A DNA stretch of 64,000 nt from Bdellovibrionota bacterium (GTDB lineage: Bacteria; Bdellovibrionota_C; UBA2361; JBIKWN01), in the NCBI GenBank assembly GCA_044356295.1, contig JBIKWN010000006.1, forward strand, positions 15,902 through 79,901, read 5' to 3'. Position numbers and translations under genes: made by a program. Every line of letters starts with the position of its first letter. The first letter of the stretch is position 1. Positions 18,705-28,732 of this stretch are shown here, in pieces. The notes beneath the pieces are model-generated. The model was not told the origin of the DNA, searched no databases, and worked only from the letters and a program-made list of their open reading frames with translations.

Positions 18705-19118
18705 ATGACCTTACACATACAAAAAGAAATTCGCCCCGAGGTTGAACCATTTGACCTCGCATTGAAGATCTTAGAAGCATGCAGCGATGCAAAAGCTAGA
18801 GATTTAACACTTCTCGATGTCTCTGGAGTCTTCGACCTCGCTTCTTTCTTTGTTATTGTGTCAGGACGCTCTGATAGGCAAGTTCAAGGTATTTCAAACA
18901 GAATCGCTGCTACGATTCAAGAGGAATGTAAAGTTTCAACGATATCATGTGATGGATATGATCAAGGTCATTGGGTTCTGATGGATTATGGTGATGTAGT
19001 GGTCCATATATTCTATGAACCGATGCGAGACCATTATAACCTTGAACGGTTATGGAAAGATGCCGCCCGAGTGCCCCTTCCTGAGGGTATTCAGGAAGCA
19101 CGACGTGATGCTGCCTAA
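18705..19118 (+). CDS. rsfS: Ribosome silencing factor RsfS (Iojap)
   Basis: FVIVSGRSDRQV, WVLMDYGDVVVHIF, YNLERLW. Confidence 0.95.
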   Translation: MTLHIQKEIRPEVEPFDLALKILEACSDAKARDLTLLDVSGVFDLASFFVIVSGRSDRQVQGISNRIAATIQEECKVSTISCDGYDQGHWVLMDYGDVVVHIFYEPMRDHYNLERLWKDAARVPLPEGIQEARRDAA

Positions 19119-19197
19119 TATTAAATTTTTTCTTTAAGTTTGAAGCTTTCAGGTGCATTTTAATTGCGCGGTTTTTTACTGCATATATACTTGATGC

Positions 19198-20415
19198 ATG
19201 CCTCTTCGCATCCTAAAAATAACAATTCTTTTCATTGTATCTGCTTTAATTCTAGCTTTTGCAAATACTAATAGTACACCTGCGTCTATTTCGATTGGGG
19301 CTGGTAATACACTTTCTGCCTCTGTAGGAATTTTGGTGTTAAGTGCTTTTGCTTTTGGAGTTTTATTGGCACTGATTGGTGCCTCACTTTATGCAGCAAG
19401 AAGTTATTTTAGAGAGCGTTCAATGAAGAGTACGCTCGCTAAAAAAGAGCTACTTCAAAAAGAGCTGATACAAGCCCAGCAATTACAACGTTCTACAAGC
19501 TCACTTCATGTTCAAAAAAAATATCGCCAGCTTATTCAAAAAAACTCTGACTCATTACTCCTTCGAATCGAATTTATCCGTGCATTGATTGCTGCTAATG
19601 ACTTCTCATTAGCACTCAATGAAATTACTGCTGCTAAAAAAATTGAAGAAGCTGAAGAGCTGTTTTTTCTTGCTGCATGTTGTTATGAAAAACTAGGCAA
19701 TAAGGTAGCAGAACTTGAGTCCTTGGTGATGTCTCTTTCACACTTTCCTCAATCGATTGCTACTCTCGAAAAAGCATCGCTATTAAGTTTTGAACTTGGA
19801 AGGTTTGATGATTGTCTTGTTTACCTTGATTCTTTAGCTGATCTTCAAAAGCCTTCAATACAACACCAAAGATTATCGATAGATGCCCAAGCATCAATAA
19901 TTATTCGTGATACTACTGATGAAACATCTCGCGCTGAGAAACTATTAACACTCGTCATGCGACATGATAATTCAGCAGTTGCTTTAAAAGAGCTTGCTCG
20001 AATCAAACAGAAAGAGGGGCAATTTGATGAAAGCGCACAATGTTTGGTTCGTCTATTTCGGATAACTCACGAAATAGCACATATGAAAAATGCCATTTCA
20101 CTTTGGTTGAAAAATGGAAAAAGCCAAGAAGCACTATCGGCTCTTCATACGTGGCAACGAATGAGTGAAGTTTCACAGAAATCCTTAGTGAGTATTGAAA
20201 TTGCAAAAGCACATATGCTGCTTGGTCAAGACCATGAAGCTTTTGATGTCCTAGATGATCTTGATAAAAGTGGTTCTCTTCCTGAATTACAGAAAAAAGA
20301 AGTTGCCATTTTGCGTGCTCTTTTAGCACTCAGGAGGCGTGATTCTACTGGGACGGCCCTGGCTATTACAGAGATTGAAAAGATTAGTTTACGTGCTGGG
20401 AATGAGAAATTCTAA
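19198..20415 (+). CDS. Membrane-anchored TPR protein (LapA/LapB- or HemY-like architecture)
   Basis: Two N-terminal TM helices followed by a long helical repeat region. Confidence 0.6.
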   Translation: MPLRILKITILFIVSALILAFANTNSTPASISIGAGNTLSASVGILVLSAFAFGVLLALIGASLYAARSYFRERSMKSTLAKKELLQKELIQAQQLQRSTSSLHVQKKYRQLIQKNSDSLLLRIEFIRALIAANDFSLALNEITAAKKIEEAEELFFLAACCYEKLGNKVAELESLVMSLSHFPQSIATLEKASLLSFELGRFDDCLVYLDSLADLQKPSIQHQRLSIDAQASIIIRDTTDETSRAEKLLTLVMRHDNSAVALKELARIKQKEGQFDESAQCLVRLFRITHEIAHMKNAISLWLKNGKSQEALSALHTWQRMSEVSQKSLVSIEIAKAHMLLGQDHEAFDVLDDLDKSGSLPELQKKEVAILRALLALRRRDSTGTALAITEIEKISLRAGNEKF

Positions 20416-20431
20416 AGCTTTAAAAATGCTA

Positions 20432-20773
20432 CTAAATCTTTTTTATAAACTCAGATTTTAATTTCATTGGTCCAATCCCATCGATTTTGCAGTCGATATC
20501 GTGATCTTCATCGATAAGTCTGATGTTTCGAACTTTCGTTCCTACTTTTACGACCGACGAAGAACCTTTGATTTTTAAATCTTTTATAACGGTGACAGTG
20601 TCTCCATCTTGTAGCAGATTGCCATTAGCATCTTTATAGGTTTTTACTTGATCCTCGTGGGGTTTAGTTTCGACTTCTACCCATTCATGTGCACACTCTG
20701 GGCATACAAACATTAACCCATCAAGGTAGGTATATTCTGAATTACATTTTGGGCAGTGTGGGAGCGTGGTCAT
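20432..20773 (-). CDS. PhnA/YjdM zinc-ribbon protein
   Basis: [38 protein letters not shown]. Confidence 0.93.
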   Translation of the reverse strand: MTTLPHCPKCNSEYTYLDGLMFVCPECAHEWVEVETKPHEDQVKTYKDANGNLLQDGDTVTVIKDLKIKGSSSVVKVGTKVRNIRLIDEDHDIDCKIDGIGPMKLKSEFIKKI

Positions 20774-21637
20774 TTACTTACTCTTATCATCAAAGAATTT
20801 TTTTTCACTGTCATCGACCCACTTCAAAATAATCGGCTTATACTGTTCACTAATATCGGGAAAATCGTTGTGATCAATGTTTTGTAATTCTTTAAAGTGT
20901 TTTGGTTCAGATGCGGTTTGAAATACTTTTTCCCCTTCAGTAAATGGGATGATTGTATCCTTCCTAGAATGCATCAAGAGAAGCGGAGTCCTATTCAAAC
21001 GATGCTGAACAAAATAGCCTGTTGGAAACTGATCAAACATGAGTGATGGGAATACTGGAGCCCATGGATACTTATATCCTGCCATAGAAGGGATAGAGTA
21101 GAATGGCGCTTCCAAAATTAAACCATTCAATGGTCGTTGCAATGAAAGCCCAGCGCAAACTGAAGCCCCTAAAGAATGACCCCAAGCATAAATTTTTTGA
21201 TTAGGGCGTTTCTGTTTTAATAGATCATAGGCTGCAACTGCATCGCCTATTACATTGAGTTCAGCAAGCTCACCTTGATCGCTACTGCCGTAGCTTCTAT
21301 AAGTAAAAAAAAGTGTTTCAAACCCATAATTGTTAAAGATTTTTGTAACATTTGCTAAGCTAGATAAACTGCCGGCATTTCCATGGCAGTAAACCAATGA
21401 ACGCTTTTCTTGTGTGGTTTGGTAGTCTGTTTTAGGAATAAACCATCCATGAAGGCTAACCTTATCAAATGAAGGAAAAGATAAGTCTTCATAAGTTAAA
21501 GAAAAATCTTTGGGTGTTAGAGTACCCTCTCCTACGGGACGAAAAATCAATGATTTTTGTCCTGCATAGATATATACGACTAAGGCAAAATAGATCGATA
21601 ATACAGAAACTAATATTCGTTTTAACCAACGTAGCAC
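20774..21637 (-). CDS. Alpha/beta hydrolase (ABHD13/BEM46-like)
   Basis: HGNAG, GHSLG nucleophile elbow, HSRKDTIIP, DHND; GTG start at 21637 avoids overlap with gpmI. Confidence 0.88.
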   Translation of the reverse strand: MLRWLKRILVSVLSIYFALVVYIYAGQKSLIFRPVGEGTLTPKDFSLTYEDLSFPSFDKVSLHGWFIPKTDYQTTQEKRSLVYCHGNAGSLSSLANVTKIFNNYGFETLFFTYRSYGSSDQGELAELNVIGDAVAAYDLLKQKRPNQKIYAWGHSLGASVCAGLSLQRPLNGLILEAPFYSIPSMAGYKYPWAPVFPSLMFDQFPTGYFVQHRLNRTPLLLMHSRKDTIIPFTEGEKVFQTASEPKHFKELQNIDHNDFPDISEQYKPIILKWVDDSEKKFFDDKSK

Positions 21638-21647
21638 AGATATCCCT

Positions 21648-23171
21648 ATGAAAAAAATTCCAGCTATTCTTTGTATCCTTGATGGACTAGGAATAAATCC
21701 AGATCGAGAAGCAAATGCTGTACTGCAAGCCTCTATACCAAACTTTAACATGCTTTGGAAAAATTATCCTCACCAGCAGCTTATTACTCATGGTGAGCGG
21801 GTTGGATTACCAGCAGGTCAAATGGGAAATTCCGAAGTTGGTCACTTAAATATTGGGGCTGGCAGAGTAGTAGAACAGTGGCTCACTCGGATCTCAAGAA
21901 TGCTTTCTGATGACGAAGTATCAAAACTTACACCGTATAAAGATTTTATTTCTCATAATAAGAACAAAACTGTTCATATCATAGGACTCATCAGTAATGG
22001 TGGAGTCCATTCTCATATTGAACATATCATTTTAATGATTCAGCAATTAAGAAAAGATTTTTCTGGGAAAATTGTTATTCATGCCATTACTGATGGAAGG
22101 GATACGCCTCCTCAAAGTGGGCTTCAATTTGTTAAAACTCTGGAAAAGGAGATTAGCAAACATGCAAATGTATTTCTTGGGTCTGTGATTGGACGCCTGT
22201 TTGCAATGGACCGGGATACAAGATGGGAACGCACTCAGAAAAGCTATGATCTAATGACAAAAGGTGTTGGCTCTTCATACACATCAGCCACTGAAGGTAT
22301 TGAGGCAAACTATAAGTTAGGTATTAATGATGAATTTATAGAGCCTATAACTCTTTCGAATAATTATCTTACCGCTGATGATGCAGTAATTTTTTGCAAC
22401 TTTCGCGAAGATCGAATGAGACAGATAGTTCGGGCTCTTACTCAAAGCTCATTTAAAGAGTTTGAAAGAACTGTCAGCATACCGAAAGAACAAGTTCTTT
22501 GTTTTACTGAATATGACGCTCAGTATCAGCTACCAGTTCTTTTTATTCCTCAGTCTTTATCTCATCATCTGGGCGAAACGGTCAGTCGTGCCGGACGAAC
22601 ACAGATAAGGATTGCTGAAACTGAAAAATATCCTCACGTAACATTCTTTATGAATGGTAAAATCGAAGAGCCTTATCCTGGCGAGGAGAGAGTTCTTATC
22701 CCCTCACCTCGAGACGTCAAAACCTATAATTTAAAACCCGAAATGAGTGCTGCAGGTGTTGCAAAAGCAACAGTTGATGCAATAGAAAGCCTAAAGTTCG
22801 ATCTCATTGTCGTTAATTTTGCTAACTGCGATATGGTTGGACACTGTGGTGATTTACATGCTGCAATTACTGCTGTTGAGGTCGTCGATACTGCTCTTGG
22901 GCAAATCGTTGCTGCGTCTAAAAAAGTTGGTGCAGATCTGCTTGTTATTGCTGACCATGGAAACGCAGAATTAATGATGGACTATCAAACCAAGCAGCCA
23001 CATACAGCACACACTACTTTTGCTGTCCCAGTGATACTTGCCCAGTTTGGAAGTAATGTTATTCACAAACCGCTTCGCGATAATGGGAGTCTGTGTGATG
23101 TTGCTCCGACGTTACTTGGGCTTTTAGGAATTGATCTTCCGTCTGAGATGACTGGTAAAAGTTTAATATAA
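21648..23171 (+). CDS. gpmI: 2,3-bisphosphoglycerate-independent phosphoglycerate mutase
   Basis: GQMGNSEVGHLNIGAGR, DGRD, AETEKYPHVTFF, DMVGH, ADHGNAE. Confidence 0.97.
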   Translation: MKKIPAILCILDGLGINPDREANAVLQASIPNFNMLWKNYPHQQLITHGERVGLPAGQMGNSEVGHLNIGAGRVVEQWLTRISRMLSDDEVSKLTPYKDFISHNKNKTVHIIGLISNGGVHSHIEHIILMIQQLRKDFSGKIVIHAITDGRDTPPQSGLQFVKTLEKEISKHANVFLGSVIGRLFAMDRDTRWERTQKSYDLMTKGVGSSYTSATEGIEANYKLGINDEFIEPITLSNNYLTADDAVIFCNFREDRMRQIVRALTQSSFKEFERTVSIPKEQVLCFTEYDAQYQLPVLFIPQSLSHHLGETVSRAGRTQIRIAETEKYPHVTFFMNGKIEEPYPGEERVLIPSPRDVKTYNLKPEMSAAGVAKATVDAIESLKFDLIVVNFANCDMVGHCGDLHAAITAVEVVDTALGQIVAASKKVGADLLVIADHGNAELMMDYQTKQPHTAHTTFAVPVILAQFGSNVIHKPLRDNGSLCDVAPTLLGLLGIDLPSEMTGKSLI

Positions 23172-23172
23172 A

Positions 23173-23334
23173 GGGGACGCTCACCTTTATAAGAAGCCAC
23201 TACGGTTTGTTAGAAATTAATTGAAGATATTTTAAGTAACGCGAAGGTCGCGAAGTACGCGAAGGGTTAATTTTTTCCTTCGGGTACTTCGCGACCTTCG
23301 CGTTATTTAATTAAGTCATAAAAGTGAGCACCCC
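23173..23334. mobile_element. Nested MITE/REP-like element containing a cgcgaag hairpin
   Basis: Outer IR ggggacgctcacctttat / ataaaagtgagcacccc; inner 34-bp stem ttaagtaacgcgaaggtcgcgaagtacgcgaagg (23232-23265) / 23277-23310. Confidence 0.75.
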
Positions 23335-23982
23335 CTACCTTTGGACAAACCGGTAATAGAGGGTGTCAAACGAAAGTGGGATATCTTTGCTATGCATATA
23401 GATAATCAACTCGGTTGCAGTTGATGCCAACTCTATAATGTTAATACTTTGAATCGCGAGTTCTTGGAGAATTTCGAAAAGAAATCCAGGTGTTTCTATG
23501 TATGATTTGTCAAAGTGGATACTTATTGCACTTACTTCTTCTCGAAGTCTTGGGCGTTGAGGGTGCATCATCTGTTTAATGAGCTCTTTATACTGCGAAG
23601 GGAATACTACTGTAATTTCTCCGGTCCCTGAGGTAACTGTAATATGAGATTTCTTATGGTGAAGTTTATTGTACAGTTGGTTAACGATGCGGTGATTTTG
23701 ATCTGTTTGTTCAAGGGTCAAGACAGCAAGTCCTGATACAATTGATAATCCAAGAGCTTCGTATGATCTTCTTTTTGGGGCTTTTTTATATCTAACTTCA
23801 TGAGACACACGAGAAAGTCCCATTTTTAAAGCTGCAGTCGATACCTTTTTTTCTATCCTGGCAGAAACTGCTGGCGCTATAAAATCAGCCAGCGCGGTCA
23901 AATTGAACAAACCATGATAAAACCCATATTCGAGGGCTGGTGTACTCGAAAGAACCGTTTTTATAGTTTCAGTAATTTTCAT
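23335..23982 (-). CDS. ACT-domain protein (aspartokinase-regulatory-like), probable regulator
   Basis: C-terminal ETPGFLFEILQELAIQSINIIELASTATEL ACT motif; N-terminal helical NLTALA...AALKMGLSR segment. Confidence 0.7.
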   Translation of the reverse strand: MKITETIKTVLSSTPALEYGFYHGLFNLTALADFIAPAVSARIEKKVSTAALKMGLSRVSHEVRYKKAPKRRSYEALGLSIVSGLAVLTLEQTDQNHRIVNQLYNKLHHKKSHITVTSGTGEITVVFPSQYKELIKQMMHPQRPRLREEVSAISIHFDKSYIETPGFLFEILQELAIQSINIIELASTATELIIYMHSKDIPLSFDTLYYRFVQR

Positions 23983-24002
23983 ATGTTACATTTGTAACAT
24001 AT
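23981..24002. promoter_or_regulatory. Perfect palindrome, putative operator
   Basis: atatgttaca-tt-tgtaacatat overlaps the start codon of the ACT gene and lies between divergent genes. Confidence 0.6.
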
Positions 24003-24069
24003 TTTGAGATTTTTTGATATTATTTTATGATTCCTTAATTCAGATTTCTTTATATGCTACATATACAGG

Positions 24070-25053
24070 ATGTCGTCCATTGCAGTTGATGTTCTAAGAA
24101 CTCGTCACCCTCTGTCTCTCTCTAGCGCTACTCTTACAACGCCGCTGGAAATCGCTGGGGCAAAAGTCAGAAAACCAAATCTTTTTGAATTGAGTTCAAT
24201 ACTTGATGCATGTGAGCAGAATCCTGAAACTGAGATTGGAAACTCAATTAAAACAATTCAAGAACTTGTTCGTGCAACTAAAAATCAGGAACAGTCCCCA
24301 TTAATTCTTAGGACTGCAGAATATCAGGGATCAAGAGCGCACATCATTGCTAGCCAACAAGGAATGAGAGGTATGATTCATCACCTCTTCTTTGAGTCTG
24401 CTGGAAATGAACATCAAGCTATTCTAGGGAATCGTCTTGTGAATCAAGTAATAGCTGAGTTTCAGGAACGATCTATTTTTAGGGCTCATGTCTTAGTTTC
24501 CAAAGAACATGCTCACAATCATCCTTTATCAATTCATGGATTTAAAGAAGTGCAAGGTGAACGGCTTCAAGAATTCCAAATGAAAGAGCGACCAATACAG
24601 CCCGAGCAACTTCATCAAAAAGGTTTTCAAATTGAAGAAGTGCTTTGGCAAGATCAACAAGAGCTTTTTGAAAGATTTTCAGAGGTTCCTGAACTCGCGA
24701 TAGCTCCTTGGGAACAAGATGCTGCACATCGAATACTACACTCAAACTCCAACGGATACATTTGTTTTGCTGTTCGCGAACAATCTTCTGGTCGACTCGT
24801 TGGTGCTTATTTCGGGGGCTATGCAGGAAGCCGTGGTACTTGTAATCATATTGTTATCGAACCAGAATATCGACATCATAAACTTGCAAGTGATTTAGTC
24901 GCTCACGCCCTGCCAAAACTTTATGATCATGGAGTCCGAACTGTACATATCATGACAACAGCAGGTAACGACCCTGCATTTAAATTTTGGGAAAAACAAG
25001 GATTTATTCAAAGTAGTAAGGGGACGTTCCTGGAAGCAGATATTTCTTATTAG
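24070..25053 (+). CDS. Tandem GNAT acetyltransferase
   Basis: C-terminal HIVIEPEYRHHKLASDLV...NDPAFKFWEKQGF; degenerate first GNAT repeat. Confidence 0.75.
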   Translation: MSSIAVDVLRTRHPLSLSSATLTTPLEIAGAKVRKPNLFELSSILDACEQNPETEIGNSIKTIQELVRATKNQEQSPLILRTAEYQGSRAHIIASQQGMRGMIHHLFFESAGNEHQAILGNRLVNQVIAEFQERSIFRAHVLVSKEHAHNHPLSIHGFKEVQGERLQEFQMKERPIQPEQLHQKGFQIEEVLWQDQQELFERFSEVPELAIAPWEQDAAHRILHSNSNGYICFAVREQSSGRLVGAYFGGYAGSRGTCNHIVIEPEYRHHKLASDLVAHALPKLYDHGVRTVHIMTTAGNDPAFKFWEKQGFIQSSKGTFLEADISY

Positions 25054-25070
25054 GGCATGGTACATAGTAT

Positions 25071-25745
25071 ATGAATAGTGTGATGTCATTTTTTCCATCC
25101 CAGCAAATTTATCCAATACTTGGAAAATCTCTTCCTTTTCAAACATGGGCAAAACTAGATCTCAGCATTGAAAATCCAATTATGTTAGAGCGTTCATTCC
25201 ACGATACTGCTGGGTTTGAAAAAATAATCTTCGAAATGATGGAAGAGAAAAATGCAGTCGTTGGATGGGGTGGCTATTTAGAAAACCGTGGGTGGTACCA
25301 AAGAGCAGAGCACTTTGGAGCCTCAGATGATGCACGTACAATACATTTAGGAATCGATCTTTGGGCGACAGGATTAACACCTCTTTTTGCACCTATCGAT
25401 GGAGTGGTTCATAGCGTCAAAGATAACGCCCTCTATGGAGATTACGGCCCAACCATTATTTTAGAGCATGAAGATCCCAATAATAACTCCAAGTTCTATA
25501 CTTTATATGGACACCTCTCAAAAGATTCTATAGAAGATAAAAAAGTTGGCGATACTGTTAAACAAGGCACTCAGTTTGCAAAAATTGGCACGCCTCCTAC
25601 TAATGGAGACTGGCCCCCTCATCTACACTTTCAAGTCATTAAAGATATGGAAGGTATGATGGGTGACTATCCAGGAGTATCAAGTAAGAGCAAACTTCAA
25701 TGGTATTCAGAGAACTGCCCTGATCCGATATCACTCCTTATATAA
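25071..25745 (+). CDS. M23 family peptidase domain protein
   Basis: HLGIDL, YTLYGHLS, PPHLHFQ. Confidence 0.9.
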   Translation: MNSVMSFFPSQQIYPILGKSLPFQTWAKLDLSIENPIMLERSFHDTAGFEKIIFEMMEEKNAVVGWGGYLENRGWYQRAEHFGASDDARTIHLGIDLWATGLTPLFAPIDGVVHSVKDNALYGDYGPTIILEHEDPNNNSKFYTLYGHLSKDSIEDKKVGDTVKQGTQFAKIGTPPTNGDWPPHLHFQVIKDMEGMMGDYPGVSSKSKLQWYSENCPDPISLLI

Positions 25746-25806
25746 TTCCTGAGTTTTACTGATCATAGTCAGGAAACTTTTCAATATAAAACATCGAAAA
25801 GTTTCA

Positions 25807-26466
25807 GTGTTAGCGCGTTCACTCATATTCCCATGCTCTTGTGTCCTTTGTGATGCCCCTCTTTCTTTTTATCACAACAAAGATGATCTATGCAGAAAAT
25901 GTTACCAATTGTTAACAGAACAAGTCGGATTATTTCAAAGTAATTCTGGTCATCACTATTTATTTCATCATCAAACATACGTAAAATCTTTGATTAAAAA
26001 AGCAAAATCAAAACCATCATTTCGCACATTTCAAACGCTGATTCGAATAGCTACACCACATATATTCGAAATTAAGAATAATAATTTCGATATAATTATT
26101 CCCATACCTTCAAAATTTACTTCTCTTTTGCAAAGACAGTTTGCTCCTGCTTTCGAATTTGCTACGGCTTGTTCTGATGCGCTTGGGATTCCAATCTCAT
26201 ACCGATCGCTGATTCTTAGAAAAAACATTAAAAAGCAATCACGCTTATCAAGAGCTAAAAGAATAAAAAATACAGAAGATGCATTTTTGGCAGCAGCTCA
26301 TGTTAGTAGTAAGCATATTCTCCTTGTTGATGATGTAGTAACTACAGGAGCGACTATGTACGCCGCTCAAACAGAGCTTATTAAAAAAGGGGCCCTCTCT
26401 GTTTCGACTATAAGTCTCTCTGCTTCGGTGCTACACTCTCGAGACCATGAAAAATATCCTCGATGA
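25807..26466 (+). CDS. comF: ComF family phosphoribosyltransferase-like protein
   Basis: N-terminal CVLC...CRKC zinc ribbon, LLVDDVVTTGAT. Confidence 0.85.
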   Translation: MLARSLIFPCSCVLCDAPLSFYHNKDDLCRKCYQLLTEQVGLFQSNSGHHYLFHHQTYVKSLIKKAKSKPSFRTFQTLIRIATPHIFEIKNNNFDIIIPIPSKFTSLLQRQFAPAFEFATACSDALGIPISYRSLILRKNIKKQSRLSRAKRIKNTEDAFLAAAHVSSKHILLVDDVVTTGATMYAAQTELIKKGALSVSTISLSASVLHSRDHEKYPR

Positions 26467-27262
26467 AAAAATATTTAATCCAAAGACTCCTGCTTTTGAG
26501 CGAATCTGCCTGATTGTAAAACGTCTTAGAGATCCTCATGATGGTTGCCCCTGGGATAAGGAGCAAACTCATGAATCGCTGACCCCTTATGTCATAGAAG
26601 AAGCTTTCGAAGTCGTTGAAGCCATCACGCAAAATAAAAATGATTTAAAAAAAGAGCTTGGCGACCTACTCCTTCAAGTTCTCCTCCACAGCGAAATTGC
26701 AAGTGAAACATCTGCTTTCAATATTAACGATGTGTGTGAAGCAATCTCTACAAAACTTATTACAAGGCATCCTCACGTTTTTGGTGATATTGACGCAAAA
26801 ACATCTGATGTTGTTTTAAAAAATTGGGAACAGATCAAACAAAAAGAGCTCAAATCCGGCGAATCAATCCTTGATGGAGTACCAACAAGAATGCCTGCTT
26901 TATTAAGAGCTCAACGTGTCTCTGAAAAAGCAGCACGTGTTGGATTTGAGTGGTCGACACTTGATGATATTAAAGCGAAAGTGTTCGAAGAGATTCAAGA
27001 ATTCCTTGCCGAAGTAAATGAATCTGCCCCCAAAGAAAAAATTGAAGATGAATTTGGTGATATTTATTTTGCTCTGACACAAGTAGCACGTCGAATGCAC
27101 CTTGATGCAGAGAGCCTGCTCCATGCTTCAACTGATAAATTTACAAGACGTTTTAAAGAAGTTGAAAAACGTCTTACAAAACCGATAAAAGATATGACGC
27201 TAAATGAACTTGATATTATTTGGGAGCAAGTGAAAACAGAGGAACGTCAGGGTGCAGCCTGA
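26447..27262 (+). CDS. mazG: Nucleoside triphosphate pyrophosphohydrolase MazG
   Basis: GCPWDKEQT, EEAFEV, ELGDLLLQV, RHPHVFG, EFGD. Confidence 0.95.
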   Translation: MKNILDEKIFNPKTPAFERICLIVKRLRDPHDGCPWDKEQTHESLTPYVIEEAFEVVEAITQNKNDLKKELGDLLLQVLLHSEIASETSAFNINDVCEAISTKLITRHPHVFGDIDAKTSDVVLKNWEQIKQKELKSGESILDGVPTRMPALLRAQRVSEKAARVGFEWSTLDDIKAKVFEEIQEFLAEVNESAPKEKIEDEFGDIYFALTQVARRMHLDAESLLHASTDKFTRRFKEVEKRLTKPIKDMTLNELDIIWEQVKTEERQGAA

Positions 27263-28233
27263 TCTGAATTGACAGTTAACTCTAAAAAAATACCTCGGTG
27301 GTCACTTCCTTCAACGGGCAGTACTTCAGCTTGATTAACAAAAATATTTTTATTAACAAATGCTCTATCGATCATAGTTTGCAGGAACCAAATATCTTGA
27401 TTCCATGTTGATTGAAAACCAAACCCCCAAAAGACATCTCGAACTCGTGCTGCTTTCATAAAAGACCGAGTAATTCTTCCCGCCGGTGCTGAATTAAAAT
27501 CACCAGCAATGAGCCAAGGTTCATGAGAGTGTCTTGCTTCGGTCGCAACTCGACGTGACATATTTCTTGCCTGTTCCCATCGGTAAGCCGAGATTGGAGG
27601 AGGAAGATGGAAAATAACAATGTTAAGAGGAGTAGTTTTTTGTAAAGCATCCTGACCACCTAGTAAAATTCTTGCATGAATATAGCCAGGAACATCTGGT
27701 CCAAGGTCGGTTTTAGGCTCTCTTTCAAATGGAAATTTCGAAAAGAGCTCTAACCCCCAAACTGATTGATCAAAAACTGTGGCACGGTAGGGATACAGGT
27801 TGATGAGTGTTGTTTTTTCAACCCACCGCAGGTCTGATTCCGCAATTGCAATTACTTGAGGTTGTTTGGTCTTAATAATTTCTGTAAGCCACTCTGTACC
27901 ATCATTTCTTAAATATTTATTGGCAAAAACAAATGAAATTTTTGATAGCTCAGTACTAGCATTATTTTTAATCGAAGATTGATTATAGAGATAATAAGGA
28001 AGATAGATTTGTACCGATCGTGCCAACGGGAGCAACAGTATAATCGTGAGGGCTACTTTTCTAAAAGGATGACTATGAAAGGGAATACTTCGAAAATGAG
28101 TGATTGCAGCAAAAATACAATAAACAAAAATATAATGATGAAAGCCAGCCAATGCTTCTTGAAAAAAGAACCACTGACGAAAACTTGTTAGATAGAAAAT
28201 AGAATAAGGTAACCAGAAGAAAAGTAGTGTCAC
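27247..28233 (-). CDS. Membrane-anchored endonuclease/exonuclease/phosphatase (YafD-like)
   Basis: N-terminal TMs, IAGDFN, IDRAF, GSDHRG. Confidence 0.85.
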   Translation of the reverse strand: MTLLFFWLPYSIFYLTSFRQWFFFQEALAGFHHYIFVYCIFAAITHFRSIPFHSHPFRKVALTIILLLPLARSVQIYLPYYLYNQSSIKNNASTELSKISFVFANKYLRNDGTEWLTEIIKTKQPQVIAIAESDLRWVEKTTLINLYPYRATVFDQSVWGLELFSKFPFEREPKTDLGPDVPGYIHARILLGGQDALQKTTPLNIVIFHLPPPISAYRWEQARNMSRRVATEARHSHEPWLIAGDFNSAPAGRITRSFMKAARVRDVFWGFGFQSTWNQDIWFLQTMIDRAFVNKNIFVNQAEVLPVEGSDHRGIFLELTVNSDQAAP

Positions 28234-28239
28234 TTAACT

Positions 28240-28602
28240 TTATGCTTCGTTCCAATCAAGAACACCTTTTTTCCATACATAGAGGAGCCCTCCTCCAAGA
28301 ACAACAATGAAAGAAAGCATTGCATAGAAACCAGACCATCCAAGTTCTTTTAAATTTACTGCCCATGGGTACATAAATATGACTTCGATATCGAAAAGGA
28401 TAAAAAGCATGGCGACAAGATAAAATCGAACATTGAACCTTTGATCTTTGACTGATCCAACAGATACCGAGCCACACTCGAAGGGTAGTTGTTTTGTTTT
28501 AGTTTTGTTCTTCGGTCCAAGAATCGAAGAAAGCGCAAGCATAGTGATTAAAAAGCCAGCGCAAACAACGGTAAGGGCTAATATTCCTGCATATCCATTC
28601 AT
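28240..28602 (-). CDS. nuoA: NADH-quinone oxidoreductase subunit A
   Basis: PFECG, RFYLVAMLFILFDIEVIFMYPWA, YVWKKGVLDW. Confidence 0.96.
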   Translation of the reverse strand: MNGYAGILALTVVCAGFLITMLALSSILGPKNKTKTKQLPFECGSVSVGSVKDQRFNVRFYLVAMLFILFDIEVIFMYPWAVNLKELGWSGFYAMLSFIVVLGGGLLYVWKKGVLDWNEA

Positions 28603-28732
28603 AGACTCAACATATTACTCCCGTGCCCCCATCACGAACAAGAGCTACAAATTAGAGGCACATGCCGATGAAAAGTTTTATATGCTAAGAAAATGACAAT
28701 CGCTTAAACTTTCGCTAAAATCCCCCCTCAAT

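Noticed and set aside
21638..21751. Extended hydrolase ORF overlapping gpmI
   Set aside because: Antisense to the conserved gpmI N-terminus; the GTG at 21637 has an RBS and gives a normal N-terminal TM helix
23232..23310. cgcgaag repeats as a CRISPR array
   Set aside because: Inverted rather than direct repeats, no unique spacers, no cas genes
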